A DNA stretch of 64,000 nucleotides from an uncultured bacterium (GCA_963749495.1 CAVVMW010000004.1:512001-576000), one strand, 5' to 3'; positions 51,704 to 63,183 are shown, numbered from the stretch's first letter. The notes: generated by a model from the sequence alone, not told the origin. Program-made: numbers and translations.

Positions 51704-52162
51704 ATGGAACCGCCCCCCGCCAATGCCGGGCAACTCGTCGAGGCGTCGAAGCGTTTCGCGCAACGGTTATTGACCATCGGTGAAAACCGGTTCGAGTTGT
51801 TGATGGTGGAAGTGCAGGAGGAGCGCCAGCGCCTCCTGCACGCAATCCTGTTGGCCCTGGGCGTGGCGGCGTTTGGTCTGCTCGCCGGAGTGGCGCTCAC
51901 CGGCGCCATCGTGGTTTTGTTGTGGGAGCTCTCGCGGGTGGCAGCGCTGCTGGTGCTGACCGGCCTTTACGGGGCGACGGCGGATTGTCTTTACGGGCGC
52001 CTCACGCGGTTGGCGCGCGACTGGGAGAATCTCCCCGCCACCCTCGATCAACTCCGAAAGGACCGCGCACGTTTGGAAACGTCGAATTCAATCTGGCTCG
52101 CGTTCCGCAAAAAGCCAAAACGACACCCTTCGAAGTCTTTGCACTCCCCCATACCGCTGTAA
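51704..52162 (+). CDS. YqjE-like (phage holin superfamily III) membrane protein
   Basis: NRFELLMVEVQEE then two TM segments and ATLDQLRKD. Confidence 0.7.
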   Translation: MEPPPANAGQLVEASKRFAQRLLTIGENRFELLMVEVQEERQRLLHAILLALGVAAFGLLAGVALTGAIVVLLWELSRVAALLVLTGLYGATADCLYGRLTRLARDWENLPATLDQLRKDRARLETSNSIWLAFRKKPKRHPSKSLHSPIPL

Positions 52163-52228
52163 TCCTGCAAAAAGACTTCCGCCGCAACCGTAACCATAAA
52201 ACCACAAGGATTCAAAGGATTCGGACAA

Positions 52229-52801
52229 ATGAAAAGCGAGACTAAAGCAAGGGAAGACGAGGCTTCCTCGACCAGCCAGGCGCTGCCCGGGCAGACCCCA
52301 TCCAACAGGGAACCAATCACAAAGCTGAACCGAGCGGGCTTGAAAATGCAGAACATCCTCGTGCCTACAGATTTCTCCGAGCCCTCCCGGAAGGCCCTGA
52401 GATACGCGGTCTCCTTTGCCGAGGAGTTCGGAGCGCGGATTACGCTGTTGCACGTGGTCAAGCCGGTAATTCCTACGCATGAAGACTACCCAATACGCAG
52501 GGTTATTCAGGATGATAAATCACTTGTAAGCGGGGCGGAAAATGCACTGGGGCAGTTGTGCCAGCGCGAAGGGATCAATCCAGGTTGGATTCGGAAAGCG
52601 CTCGTTCGGCTCGGGGCGCCGTCAGAGGAGATCATGAAGGTGGCCCGTGAGTCGCAGGTTGACTTGATTGTAATCGGCACACACGGTTACACCGGCCTGA
52701 AGCACATTTTTGCTGGCAGCACGACAGAACGGGTGGTCCGGCACGCGCCTTGTCCTGTTCTGGTCGTGCGCGACGAGGAGCGTGAATTTCTCTCCGCTTG
52801 A
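52229..52801 (+). CDS. Universal stress protein; start uncertain
   Basis: ILVPTDFS, DLIVIGTHG, GSTTERVVRHAPCPVLVV. Confidence 0.9.
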   Translation: MKSETKAREDEASSTSQALPGQTPSNREPITKLNRAGLKMQNILVPTDFSEPSRKALRYAVSFAEEFGARITLLHVVKPVIPTHEDYPIRRVIQDDKSLVSGAENALGQLCQREGINPGWIRKALVRLGAPSEEIMKVARESQVDLIVIGTHGYTGLKHIFAGSTTERVVRHAPCPVLVVRDEEREFLSA

Positions 52802-52861
52802 CAGGAGCATGTTTGAATTGTCGCACTTCGCTCGAGCCTCATGTTGTGACGCGGGGATATG

Positions 52862-52918
52862 ACAACCGGCGTTGACCGTGCTGCGCTCGATTGCGCCCTC
52901 GAACTAGGGATTCCATGT
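52862..52918 (+). pseudogene. Short fragment resembling a putative molybdenum carrier protein N-terminus
   Basis: TGVDRAALDCALELGIPC. Confidence 0.4.
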
Positions 52919-52979
52919 TTAACCAGGTAACCGTTCAACCAAATACAAACGCGGGCACCACAAAACGGTCCCGACGCTG

Positions 52980-54122
52980 CTAGCCCCTGAAGATGTCGAA
53001 GGGCTCGATTTTGAGGACCTTCCGCACCCCGATGTAGCTGGATATTCCGGCGATCAGCACGACCATGGCGAAGGACAGCCCCAGGTTCAAAAATGTGATC
53101 ATCGCTGCGTAGTTGGGCAGCCGGTATCGGGCGAGCGAGATCGTCAGCGTCACCAGGCCGACGCCCAGGCCGTAACCGGTCAGCGCAGTAAAGGTCGCCA
53201 TGAACAGGATCATGTGCACCAGCTCGCGCCCCTTTGCGCCGATGGCCTTGAGCGCGCCGAATTTCTCCAGGTTTTCGAGGATGAACGTGTAAAAGGTCTG
53301 GCCCGAGATCGACAATCCGACGACAAAGCTGATCACCGTCATCAAGAGGATGTTGGTGCCAACCCCGGTCTTGTAAACATAGAAGTCGGTAATGCGTTTG
53401 TTGAATTCATCCTTGGTAAGGGCGACATAGCCGAGCTTGCCGACTTGCTGTTTGATGCCCGCCACGGCGGCCTCGCTCTTCGGCTGCACCAGGACGTAGG
53501 AAATGGTGAAACGCATGGACGGGATGTATTCGATCGCGCGGTAGTAGGTTGTATAGAGCGTCGGCACCCCGTTCAGTCCGTTCGAGGCGACCCTGGCAAT
53601 GCCCACAATCGTACCACGGTGGTCATTGAGTTCGAAAGAGGTGCCGATCTTCGGGTTCTCCAGCTTCGAGAATTCAGCGTCCTTGACTACCACGAACGCG
53701 TGGTCGGCGTAGATGTCCTGGATGCTGCCCTGTTCGAGTTCGGGACGGCCAAACAAGCTGGTGTCGTCCAGGCCGACGACATTCACAGATTGATAGATGC
53801 CGCTTTCGAGCTTGACCAGCGCGCCACCGACAAAGAGCGGCACGGCATAGCTCACCCCGTCCATGCTGCGCACCGCGTCCAGCAGATAATCGGGCATAGG
53901 GATCGCAGTGGTGGCAGTATTGACCGCCGGGTCCATGATCCACATCGCTGCACCGACATTGGTGACAGTCGAATAGGCGCGGTTGAGGATGCCGATGAAC
54001 ATGGCGGTCATTTGCATCATCAGGAACACGGCGAAGGTGATCCCGATCAACAGCGCGGAGAACTTGGGCTTGTCATTCACCAGCAGCTTGAACCCGATCC
54101 GCATGATGCCGGCGTACTTCAT
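52980..54122 (-). CDS. ABC transporter permease (DevC/FtsX-like)
   Basis: N-terminal TM, periplasmic domain, FGALKAIGA, three C-terminal TMs. Confidence 0.85.
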   Translation of the reverse strand: MKYAGIMRIGFKLLVNDKPKFSALLIGITFAVFLMMQMTAMFIGILNRAYSTVTNVGAAMWIMDPAVNTATTAIPMPDYLLDAVRSMDGVSYAVPLFVGGALVKLESGIYQSVNVVGLDDTSLFGRPELEQGSIQDIYADHAFVVVKDAEFSKLENPKIGTSFELNDHRGTIVGIARVASNGLNGVPTLYTTYYRAIEYIPSMRFTISYVLVQPKSEAAVAGIKQQVGKLGYVALTKDEFNKRITDFYVYKTGVGTNILLMTVISFVVGLSISGQTFYTFILENLEKFGALKAIGAKGRELVHMILFMATFTALTGYGLGVGLVTLTISLARYRLPNYAAMITFLNLGLSFAMVVLIAGISSYIGVRKVLKIEPFDIFRG

Positions 54123-55606
54123 GGCGCTTCTCCTTTGCCCATCTGGTGTTGCTCGTTCCACCAGCCCCCTCCCAGCGCCACGAACAAGGCCACCGTGTCC
54201 TGGTGGCGCTGCGCCACAGCCTGCAGATAGGCGATGGTGGCTTGGTGGAATTGCACGTCGGCCGTCAGAACGTCCAGGTAGGCGGCCAGACCCGCGCGAT
54301 AATTGGCCTGCAACAGGTTGAGTGCTTCGCCAGCCACGCGCCGTGCTTCGACTCGTGCCTCCAGCGCCTCGGCGTCGTGCTGCAGCGCCTTCAAGGAGTC
54401 AGCGACTTGCTGGAATGCGCCAAGTGCGGTCTGGCGATAAACTGCCTGAGATTGCTGATAGGCATCGATGGCTGCGCGCCGGCCGTACCAAAATGTGGTG
54501 CCCTGAAACACTGGAATCGAGGCCGACGGGCCGAGGCTCCAGAACCTCCCACTGGCCGCCGAGAGGACCGAGAAACTACCCAAACTGGCAACGCCGTAGG
54601 TGCCGTTCAAGCTGAAGCTGGGGAACAGGTTGGCGGTCGCGACGCCGATTTTGGCACTGGCAACATGCATTTGTGCCTCGGCCGACAGGATGTCGGGACG
54701 CTGGTTAACCAGATCGGAGGGCAGGCTTACCGGCAGGTCCACCGGCAGCGACAGTCCGGCCAGGTCGATGTCGGGCAGGGTGGCCTTGAGTGGTGCCACG
54801 CCTTCCAGCGTCGCCAGCAAATGCTCGGCCTGGCTGACATTCTGCTCCAGGGACGCCAGCAAGGCCTGGTTGGCGGCGATCAGGCTGCTCACGCTCAACA
54901 CGCTCGAATAGGGAGCTGTGCCGGCGCGAACCTGCGCCTGGGTGAGGTGAAGTTGCTGCTGCTCCAACTCGATCAACTGTTCGGTCGCGCGAATCTCTGC
55001 AGCGTAGGCAGCGCGCGCGATGCTGGTGTTAACGACATTGGCGGACAACGTGAGGTAGGCCGCCTTGCTCTCGTAGCGCTGAAAGCCGGCCTGCGCCCGC
55101 AAACTTTCCACCTTACGGCGCGCGCCACCGAACACGTCGAGCGCGTAGCTGATGGTGCCGCTCGCGGTAACCAGGTTGAAGATCGTCCCGGGCGTCTGAA
55201 AGCCTGCCTGCAACGGGGCGGTGCGCTGTCGACTGGCGCCTGCTCCAGCCTGGATCTGCGGGAAGAACACCCCATAACCTGCTCGCATGTTGTCCTGGCT
55301 CTGACGCAAGCTGGCCTCGGAGGCCTGGAGGGTCGGATTGTTGGTGATGGCCAGCCGGACTAGCGCGTCCAACTGCGCTGACTTGAAAAGCCGCCACCAA
55401 TCGGCAGGGATACCGGCGCCGGGCGTGAAATGCTGCGCCTGGCCATCTGCCGCGACCGTGGCTTCGGGCCGCGTCTCGCGCGTGTAGCGATCCGCATCGG
55501 GCGGCGCAGGACGAACGAAATTGGGGCCCACCGCGCAACCGCCAACCATCGCCATGATCACGGCGAGCCACGCGCCTCGCCGGACTGATGATCGAAAGTT
55601 GTTCAT
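54119..55606 (-). CDS. Efflux outer-membrane lipoprotein (NodT/TolC family)
   Basis: Lipobox GGCAVGP, WWRLF, RPDILSAE, ALGGGW. Confidence 0.9.
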   Translation of the reverse strand: MNNFRSSVRRGAWLAVIMAMVGGCAVGPNFVRPAPPDADRYTRETRPEATVAADGQAQHFTPGAGIPADWWRLFKSAQLDALVRLAITNNPTLQASEASLRQSQDNMRAGYGVFFPQIQAGAGASRQRTAPLQAGFQTPGTIFNLVTASGTISYALDVFGGARRKVESLRAQAGFQRYESKAAYLTLSANVVNTSIARAAYAAEIRATEQLIELEQQQLHLTQAQVRAGTAPYSSVLSVSSLIAANQALLASLEQNVSQAEHLLATLEGVAPLKATLPDIDLAGLSLPVDLPVSLPSDLVNQRPDILSAEAQMHVASAKIGVATANLFPSFSLNGTYGVASLGSFSVLSAASGRFWSLGPSASIPVFQGTTFWYGRRAAIDAYQQSQAVYRQTALGAFQQVADSLKALQHDAEALEARVEARRVAGEALNLLQANYRAGLAAYLDVLTADVQFHQATIAYLQAVAQRHQDTVALFVALGGGWWNEQHQMGKGEAP

Positions 55607-55644
55607 CGCATTCGCTCTGACGGGTGTCTGGCCGCGCTGGGGCG

Positions 55645-56715
55645 CTACTGCTTCCCGATGAAGACATCCACCAACTGGCCCGGATAGACCGGAGCGTCCT
55701 TTTTCTCGAACCGGAAAATGACCAGCAGCACCCGCAAGTCCACCTTCTCCTGGCGCTGATTCGACAGCTCGATCTTGGGCGAAACATAAGGCTGCACCCG
55801 GACGAACTCCAGCGGCAGCTTAATGTCGGTGCCGGGGATCGACAATTGTGCGCGAATACGCCCCCGTGACGGCAGGCGTGAGACCAGGATCTCGTCGACA
55901 TAACAGCGCACGGCCAGATAGTCCTGGGGCGCTCCCATCACCACCAGCTGGCCGGATCCTTCCGTGTAAGGGTCATAGACGCCCTGTGACGACACATAAC
56001 TCCCCGTCGTCGCGTTAATGGCGAGCACGACTCCGTCAACCGGCGCTTTGACGGAATACTTTGCCAGCAGCGCGTTAGCCGCCTGGTAAGCCTGCTGGAG
56101 CGCCTCGTACAGCTTCTCCTGGTTGACGATGTCGTAGCTCCATGCCCCGGCCTTGGTAAGTTCATATTGCGTCCGGGCTACGTCCAGTGCGGCTGCCGCC
56201 TGGCTGACTGCGTCTTCGGCCGTATCCAGCGCGTCCTTGCTGATCGATTTCGGGTCGATGTCGTAGGAGGCGCGGCGCTTGTCGTGCTGGTCGCGGGCCG
56301 CTTTCAGGTTGGATTCAGCCAACTCCACCTGCGCCAGGGCAATCGCTAGGGTCTCCTTTCGTGGCTGCGCTTTGAGTTCCTCCAGGAGCGCCAAGGCAGC
56401 CTCGGACTGCAACCTTAGCTGCTCCGTGGTTGCCTTCTGCACGGAATCGTCGATGGTCAGGAGCGGAGTGCCGGCCGATACCCGCTGGCCTTCGCGCGCC
56501 AGCACCCGGGTGATCGGACCGGAAACTTCGGGATAGATGTTGATGTTTTCACCGCTCGGCTGATCGCTCTCGATAATGCCATTGGCATAGATTGCCGAGT
56601 CGTAAGGGCTGCTGACCGGCTTAAACACCGGCGGTTGGGCCTTCCTCTGGATCCCAAAGATGCAGGCGGCGACAAGTCCGGCCAGGATACCTATCGTCGC
56701 GAGGGACAAGATCAT
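55645..56715 (-). CDS. HlyD-family membrane fusion protein; extreme N-terminus possibly lost
   Basis: TM anchor, lipoyl halves (EVSGPI..V..REG; APVDGVVL), YPGQLVDV. Confidence 0.8.
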   Translation of the reverse strand: MILSLATIGILAGLVAACIFGIQRKAQPPVFKPVSSPYDSAIYANGIIESDQPSGENINIYPEVSGPITRVLAREGQRVSAGTPLLTIDDSVQKATTEQLRLQSEAALALLEELKAQPRKETLAIALAQVELAESNLKAARDQHDKRRASYDIDPKSISKDALDTAEDAVSQAAAALDVARTQYELTKAGAWSYDIVNQEKLYEALQQAYQAANALLAKYSVKAPVDGVVLAINATTGSYVSSQGVYDPYTEGSGQLVVMGAPQDYLAVRCYVDEILVSRLPSRGRIRAQLSIPGTDIKLPLEFVRVQPYVSPKIELSNQRQEKVDLRVLLVIFRFEKKDAPVYPGQLVDVFIGKQ

Positions 56716-57403
56716 GCCCAACCTGGATATCCTCGCCGGCCTGGCCGAACTGGCGGAAAAGCACGCTCCCCAGATTCGTCTTTACCAGCCTGCTGCTGTC
56801 ATCCGGCAGTTCGGCCGCACCCTCCTGCGCGAGCTGGATTTCACCTTCGAACGCCGCAATCTCGATGAGTTCGCGAAACATTTCGCCCAGGACGACACCG
56901 TCCATTTCCCCCAGGCTTACGCGGAGTGCTCGACGCGCCGTGTCCTGACGATGGAACGGCTTGAGGGCATCCTCGGTACCGACTCTGCGGCGCTCACCGC
57001 CTCGGGCGCCGACCTCAATGAATTCGCGCGCCGGGGCGCCAATATGTATCTCCAGATGATCTTCCGCGATGCGTTCTACCATGCCGATCCGCATCCCGGC
57101 AACCTGATGCTCCTGCCCGGCGGTGTGGTCGGGGTGCTCGACTGCGGGATGGTCGGCCGTCTCGATGAAGAACTGGGGGAAGGCATCGAGGAAATGCTCA
57201 TCGCCGTGGTGAACCACAACTCGGTGGACCTGGGGGACATTCTGCTTCGTCTCGGCTCCTGCCTGCTCTGGAGCATGAAAGCACCGCCTGTGATCGCTGG
57301 CGTTTCGGTATTCGGCGGTGCGGGTTACCTAATGGCAGCTTATCTCAGTTGGCGCCTGCTGCGCGCCATCAAAAAGTCCGGCGATATCGATTCAAAGAAA
57401 TAG
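56714..57403 (+). pseudogene. ABC1/AarF/UbiB kinase fragment with internal deletion
   Basis: RELDF..E, VLTME, HADPHPGN, LDCGMVG joined to a C-terminal TM tail. Confidence 0.8.
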
Positions 57404-57419
57404 AAGGGAGATCTCTCCA

Positions 57420-57980
57420 TTAAGAAAACGACGGCTCGCATCTGATTTGCGAGATCTTGCAATTTGCGAACTGTCGCAGCATTTCCGCTTTCAGTGTTTC
57501 CTTCCGTAACTTCCTGATAATCAGACAATGTTCTCCTCTCGCCGGGACGGAATGCGTCCTCGCCGTCTTGTCGAAGGTGAGGGTCTTTGACTTCTCAACC
57601 CTCTTCTTCAAAGCCCCCCCGATATACTTGGTCTTGACCCGAGCGGCGATTTCCGGCTTGGAAACGGCCTTCCCTTGGGTCTTCACCCAATCCAAAATCC
57701 GGCTGGCGACGGTGGGCGGGGAGGGCGGTTCCCAAGTGGGGTCAATTTCACGGATTTGACCGGCCAGTTCATCCAGCTTTGAAACCGTCTCTTTGTATTG
57801 GGTTTTGAGCGGTTCAAGGCTGGCCTGTTGACGTTCTTTGACGGCGGCGGCGGCCAATTGTTCGGGGGTCATTCCGGCGAGAACCGCCTGAATTAGTTCG
57901 GGCGTGATTTGAAGGGCGGCGGCGGGTTTGGCGTCGGCAACGGGAGTTTCGGCCTGCCGGTTCCAAGCCCGGCAGGTCAC
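57420..57980 (-). CDS. Hypothetical protein (coiled coil plus basic wHTH-like region); ends uncertain
   Basis: Distinct codon usage; TVASRILDWVKTQGKAVSKPEIAARV. Confidence 0.4.
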   Translation of the reverse strand: MTCRAWNRQAETPVADAKPAAALQITPELIQAVLAGMTPEQLAAAAVKERQQASLEPLKTQYKETVSKLDELAGQIREIDPTWEPPSPPTVASRILDWVKTQGKAVSKPEIAARVKTKYIGGALKKRVEKSKTLTFDKTARTHSVPARGEHCLIIRKLRKETLKAEMLRQFANCKISQIRCEPSFS

Positions 57981-57981
57981 G

Positions 57982-58821
57982 TCACCAGCGCGGCCAGGAT
58001 TCCGGGTGCTGTTGGTGGTCGTAGTTCCACATTGCAGCGGTATTCGTTGGGTTGAACAGAATCCACGGGCTCATCTCCGAGACGTGGCCATCACAAAAAA
58101 GCTGATTATACTTCTTCCCGTGCCGAGCCGGATCAAACGCGTCCGCTCCCCAACGGTTGAATTGTCCGCATAGCATTCTGTCATGGCCCCCTGCCGTTCC
58201 CCATCCCCATCTTCGCTGGTCCTTCCACCTGGACTCCCCGATGGCGAACATCTCGCTCGGCACCTGCAATTGGAACTCGGCGGTTGGCTCATGACGGCTG
58301 GGCATGGTCACCCATCCTCCCAACCCGAGTTCCTGACGGTCGGCCGGCCTACCCTTTCGGCCAACCCCGTAGCAGTTGTAGGCATAGCTGCCGAAGGGAA
58401 CAGTGGGTCCACCACACCATGCAATCGCCCCCTTGTAGGCCGGGCAATGGTATGCCGGCTCCGTCCATTTGAGAGGGTAGTAGGGGAGCAATTTTGCCGA
58501 CCAATGCGGCGTGTTCTTCACCCCGGCAGAAGCATCGAGAGCGGGATCTGGAGTGCCGTCGTAATAAGGGAATCTCCCGCGGTGTTCATCGACGTACATT
58601 AGCAGACCAAACCCCATCTGTCGCAGGTGATTCTTGCACGAGGCAGAACGGGCGGAAGCCTTGGCCATCGAGAGCGCCGAGAGAAGCAGGGCAGACAGAA
58701 TGCCGATGATGGCGATGACGACCAGCAGTTCCATCAGCGTGAAGGCGCTACGTGCCCGCTTCGTTCCCGGTGCACTGCCCGAAGTCCTGGAGGTATGCAT
58801 TTGCCACGTTGGTTGCATCAA
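57982..58821 (-). CDS. Prepilin-type N-terminal cleavage/methylation protein with H-X9-DG motif
   Basis: [41 protein letters not shown]. Confidence 0.85.
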   Translation of the reverse strand: MMQPTWQMHTSRTSGSAPGTKRARSAFTLMELLVVIAIIGILSALLLSALSMAKASARSASCKNHLRQMGFGLLMYVDEHRGRFPYYDGTPDPALDASAGVKNTPHWSAKLLPYYPLKWTEPAYHCPAYKGAIAWCGGPTVPFGSYAYNCYGVGRKGRPADRQELGLGGWVTMPSRHEPTAEFQLQVPSEMFAIGESRWKDQRRWGWGTAGGHDRMLCGQFNRWGADAFDPARHGKKYNQLFCDGHVSEMSPWILFNPTNTAAMWNYDHQQHPESWPRW

Positions 58822-58835
58822 TCAGACAAGGCTGG

Positions 58836-59684
58836 ATGCCTGGCGTCACGCGGAGGTTGCTCCAGAAGGAGTGGCATCGCGGCAGACAGTCCTTGGCAAG
58901 GACCGGACCGGCCGACACCAGCCCGCCCACCCGTAGGTTGGGAAAATGGAACAGCGGTCTGCTGTCGTTTCTGCTCAACAGCTCCGAGCTTTGCCGGCGT
59001 CTGCAGATTGAATTCCACGGCGAGACGTTGCCGCCCGGGGTGCGAAAGCTCATTCGCCTCGCACAGGCTGTTCCAGAGAAGAAGGATGCGAGGACGCCGC
59101 GGCAACCATGGCTGGCTCGCGTTGGGGAACGAGCGCTCCAAACTCGGTCCGGGGCCCGTCAAGTGCTGACCTTTCTCGGTGAGATCGTGATGGCGTCATT
59201 CAACCTGCTGCGCGGACGGGCGCAGTTCCGCTGGTCGGACACATGGACGGCGATGCAGGAGTGCGGCCCGGAGGCCCTGGGCGTGGTCGCGCTCATCAAT
59301 TTTCTCGTGGGCCTCATTTTGGCTTTTGTTGGCGCGTTGGAATTGACCCGGTTTGGGGCCTCCATTTACGTGGCTGACCTCGTGGCCATCGGAACAGTCC
59401 GGGAACTGGGCTGCCTGATGACCGGGATCATCCTGTGCGGGCGCACCGGCGCTGCCTTCGCGGCGCAACTCGGCACGATGAAGGTGAACGAGGAAATCAA
59501 CGCCTTCAAAACGTTCGGCATTTCACCCATCGAGTTCCTGGTGCTGCCGCGGGTGACGGCCCTGGTGCTAATGGTGCCGCTTCTGTGCGTGTTCGCGGAT
59601 GCCATTGCCCTCCTGGGTGGGTTCGCGGTGTCCATCTCGATGCTGGACTTGGGGCCGAGGGAATACATCGACCGGACGACTTGA
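58836..59684 (+). pseudogene. mlaE: MlaE-family ABC permease, truncated
   Basis: VRELG, GRTGAAFAAQLGTMKVNEEI, LVLPR. Confidence 0.8.
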
Positions 59685-59923
59685 TCCTTGAGTTGCGCGA
59701 CAGCCTTGGGGCCACCATTGTGGTGGTTACACACGACCTCCAAAGCATCTTTGCCATCGCCGACAATTCGATCTTTTTGGATGCCGCCACCCACACCATG
59801 CGGGCGGAGGGCAATCCACGTGAATTGCTGAAACACTCGAACGACCCGTACGTGCGGGAGTTTCTCACCCGGGGCCAGGAACCCGTCCGCCCAGCCAACT
59901 CCGGAGTTCCTTATGAAGCGTGA
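59675..59923 (+). pseudogene. mlaF: MlaF-family ABC ATPase, C-terminal fragment
   Basis: DDLILELRDSLGATIVVVTHDL; Walker motifs missing. Confidence 0.75.
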
Positions 59924-59949
59924 AGCGTTGGCTAACCTGACGTGAACCT

Positions 59950-60660
59950 ATGAGCAAGAAAGCAAATCCAACCACCATAGGCTTGTTCATCGTCATTGGT
60001 CTGGCGCTGGGAGTTGGGGGCATCATCCTGTTCAGCTCGTGGAAGATATTTGCCACAACCGAGAAGTATATCCTGTACTTTGATGCGTCGGTCGAGGGGC
60101 TTGCTCCCGGCGCCCCGGTGCGATTCCGCGGGGTCACGGTGGGATCGGTGGTCGAGACCTTGATTCACCACAACCAGGTTGCGGGTGACACGCACATGCC
60201 GGTCATCATCGAAGTGGACGAGTCTCTCATCCGCAAGAAAACCGATCTCACCATCAACTTGTCGGACGAAGCCAGTTTCGAGAAGATGCTCCGGCAAGGG
60301 ATGCGCGGCATGCTCGATGCCGAGAGCTTGGTGACCGGCGTTCTATATGTGGAACTGGAGATCCCCCATGCGCCGGCCCCGACATTTCATCAGGTAAAGA
60401 AGGAATATAAAGAGATTCCGACGGTGCCGACGCAGATTCGAACCCTGATCGACAAACTGGCGAACCTCGACTTTACGAGGGCGATGGATCAGTTGACCTC
60501 CGTCCTGGCCCGGCTGAACTCCAGTCTTGCCGAGTTGAAGGTGGCCGACATCAACAACGGCCTGACGAATTTACTAGCGTCCATGAACCAACTGGTTCGG
60601 TCGCCCGATCTGACCAATAGCCTCGATTCGCTCCACAGAACACTGGACGAATATCGCCTC
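59950..60660 (+). pseudogene. MlaD/MCE-family protein, C-terminally truncated (ORF runs on to 61026 in unrelated sequence)
   Basis: SVEGLAPGAPVRFRGVTVGSV, SLVTG.LYVEL. Confidence 0.75.
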
Positions 60661-61082
60661 TTCTCTGTTTTTAGGCGCACTGTCACGTTGTCCCGAAGCG
60701 ATCACGAAAGCCTGCGGACTCCAACCTCAATTCCCGTTTCGGTTGGTTCGGGGGTCTGGTTCGCAATCTGGCTCGCGCACACGGTGGGTGCGAGTTTGTC
60801 CCCTTCGCGGCCGGAGGTGCGGTGGTGGCAATCCCTGGCTGCACGACCACGAAGGTATTCGGCAGGCGGCGGCAGAGAACATGCCCGGTGGCCCGGACGG
60901 TGCTGGGAAAGCCAAGTGCCGCTTCGGGATTATCGGTCCAGGTCCCATCCCGGCTCAGGGTACAGTCCGGTTTCGAAGTTCTGCAGGAGGATTCTCATAT
61001 CTCAGCATCATTTCCCGCAAGGCTAAGAGAACCCTCGGAAGGGATCAACGGAGGCGGGGTGACAGTTCGGTTACGTCCAGGT

Positions 61083-61375
61083 TCAGGAAGAACTGCGCGC
61101 CCTAGCGGAAGTGCTGGCGCAGTCCGAGGCAGCCGTCTTGCCAGGCTGGGAGGCTCTTGCGGGCTTTTTGGGCGAAGAAGTTGGGGTTTTGGCGGTCATT
61201 CGCAGAGCCCTGGCCGCCGCTTTGACATCCTTGCGAGCCTGCTTGGCCACCTTTCTCGCACTCTTGAAAGCCTTGCGGGCCGCTTTGAAACTGGCTTTGG
61301 CCAGCCGCGCCCCTTTTCGGGCGGCCTCGGCAGCTTTTTCCGCTGCGTCAGCTTGCGTGGCCAAGGACCGCAAAT
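61083..61375 (-). pseudogene. Lys/Ala-rich histone-like fragment
   Basis: AEKAAEAARKGARLAKASFKAARKAFKSARKVAKQARK. Confidence 0.45.
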
Positions 61376-62125
61376 CCAGGGCGTTGAGATGCTGCTCCAC
61401 GTGGTTCTCCACCGGAACGACCAGGAGCGGTTTGCCCAGCCAGGCCGCTTCACTTAAGGATTCGAATCCGGCCGTGCAGGCGACGCCGCGGCTTTCAGCC
61501 ATCATCCGGAGGAATTTCGCTCCGTCCAGCTTGTGAAACGAGAGAGTCGAGTCGTAACGCCAGACCGGCTCGACTTTCGGTTTCTCGCAGAAGCAATGGA
61601 GTTCCACGTCAGGAAACACCGTGTGCCAGCGGAGAACGTCCGCGGCGTAACCCTGGTTGAGGACGTAGGCCAGGAGGAATCGGCCCGGCGAATCCTGTGG
61701 CAGATCGAAGATCTCACGTCGCAGTAGAGGCGGGCAGACGAAGAGGCGCCGTTCCGGCATGGAGGCCGCGGGATAAAACGAGAGCGCCAGCTTGGTGGAC
61801 AGCGCGCCGGCCAGGCGCACATACTGGCGCATCGTCCATCGCGGCAGCGCAAACTGGCGGGAACGAACGAACTCTGGGTGGCCGAGCATGAAGTGATGCC
61901 CCACGGAGACGACCGGAATCGGGTGCGGCCGCAGCAGGTTGAACACACCCATCAGCGGTTCGAGAAAATTGAGGATGAGGTCGGGTTGGGTGGATTCGAT
62001 GGCGCCCGCGATGGCCGCCAAGCTCTCGCGATACCGGCCCAGTCCGGAAACCGCCTGCCGCAGCGTAGCGAGCGTGGCCACACCTCTTCCACCCTGCAAA
62101 CAGAATCCAGGACTCGCGATGGACG
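61376..62125 (-). pseudogene. MJ1255-like glycosyltransferase fragment
   Basis: PDLILNFLEP, CTAGFESLSEA, EQHLNA. Confidence 0.7.
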
Positions 62126-62129
62126 TCAA

Positions 62130-62912
62130 CCGGCCGCCGAGGTGGCCCAAAGCGTATTTGTCGGCCTGGCACGCGGGGCGCGGGCGTTGTGCGCCCGGCT
62201 GGCCGAGGACGCCGCGTTGGCAGGCTGGCTTTGTCGCAGCGCCCGCAACGTCTCCCTCAACTTCCGGCGCAATGAAATCCGCCGGCATTCGCGCGAAAGG
62301 CTGGTTATGGAACAACTCGACCCGACTCCTGAAACCGGCCCTGACTGGGAGAAGTTGCGTCCGGTCCTGGACGAAGCGATGAGCGAACTGAGCGAGCCGG
62401 ACTACGATGCGGTAGTGCTGCGATTTTTCAAGAATCAGGAACTTGCCAAGCTTCTTGTGGATCGGCAGCCGCCGGCGGGAGATTTCGAACCGAGCAGTTC
62501 ATGGGCCGACTCCGGGAACGGTACGCCCGAAGCGGCAGCCGCCACTTTCGCGTGGGCGGTCAAAGCCGGGAATAAAGACCGGCTCGCCCAAGTCCTGATG
62601 TGCGAGGCCGATCAGTCGAATACAAATTTGACGGCGCTTGTCGAGGACGTCTCGGCAGGGCTTCAACCGTTGATGTCGGAGGTCGAAGCGTCCAGGCTTG
62701 TGCTCAAGGACAATCCAGCGCCGGATGAGGTCACGTTCTGGTTTCAAAGCCGGTTCAAGGACGGCCATACGCTTGTGTCGCCGCTGAAACTGAAACGCTC
62801 CGGCGATCAATGGAAAGTGGAGGTGGGAGGACATGCCAGGTTGCTCGCTCATGGACTGCGTGGAGTTTGTTTATACCAATATACCTCATTGGGGAGCATC
62901 GCGAAGTCCTGA
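62130..62912 (+). pseudogene. ECF sigma factor fragment fused to a C-terminal extension after a deletion
   Basis: EVAQSVF..LAR...LAGWL, LRPVLDEAMSELSEPDYDAVVLRFF; region 4 HTH missing. Confidence 0.7.
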
Positions 62913-62964
62913 AGTGATTGACTATGCTTGAGCCTCGAACACCCGCCATCTGGAGGACCGGGCG

Positions 62965-63135
62965 ATGAGCGCGCACATCGAGAAGAAGAACACGCTTCTC
63001 TTCAAGGGCCTGGGGCGCGAATGGCAGCAGATCGAGCGCCAGGTCGAGCGCCTTGGGTTCGGTGAGGTGTACGTCGTTTCGCAAAGGGGCTCGCGGCACG
63101 GCTCGACCAAAGTCACTCCGCTTGAGGGGCGGTGA
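62965..63135 (+). CDS. Small hypothetical protein (56 aa, below the ORF-track cutoff)
   Basis: GGAGG at 62952-62956; MSAHIEKKNTLLFKGLGREWQQIERQVERLGFGEVYVVS. Confidence 0.45.
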   Translation: MSAHIEKKNTLLFKGLGREWQQIERQVERLGFGEVYVVSQRGSRHGSTKVTPLEGR

Positions 63136-63183
63136 CAGCGCCGTCCGCGCCAGGCGCTGTGGAATCCAAGAATTGACCACCGA

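Noticed and set aside
51704..52162. Prophage lysis module suggested by the holin-family label
   Set aside because: YqjE-like proteins are ordinary chromosomal membrane proteins; no endolysin or structural genes nearby
61083..62912. Novel fusion proteins (glycosyltransferase-histone-like; sigma-extension; also mgtA-cytidylate kinase at 50196)
   Set aside because: Each partner is truncated mid-domain, so these are deletion or chimera junctions rather than functional fusions
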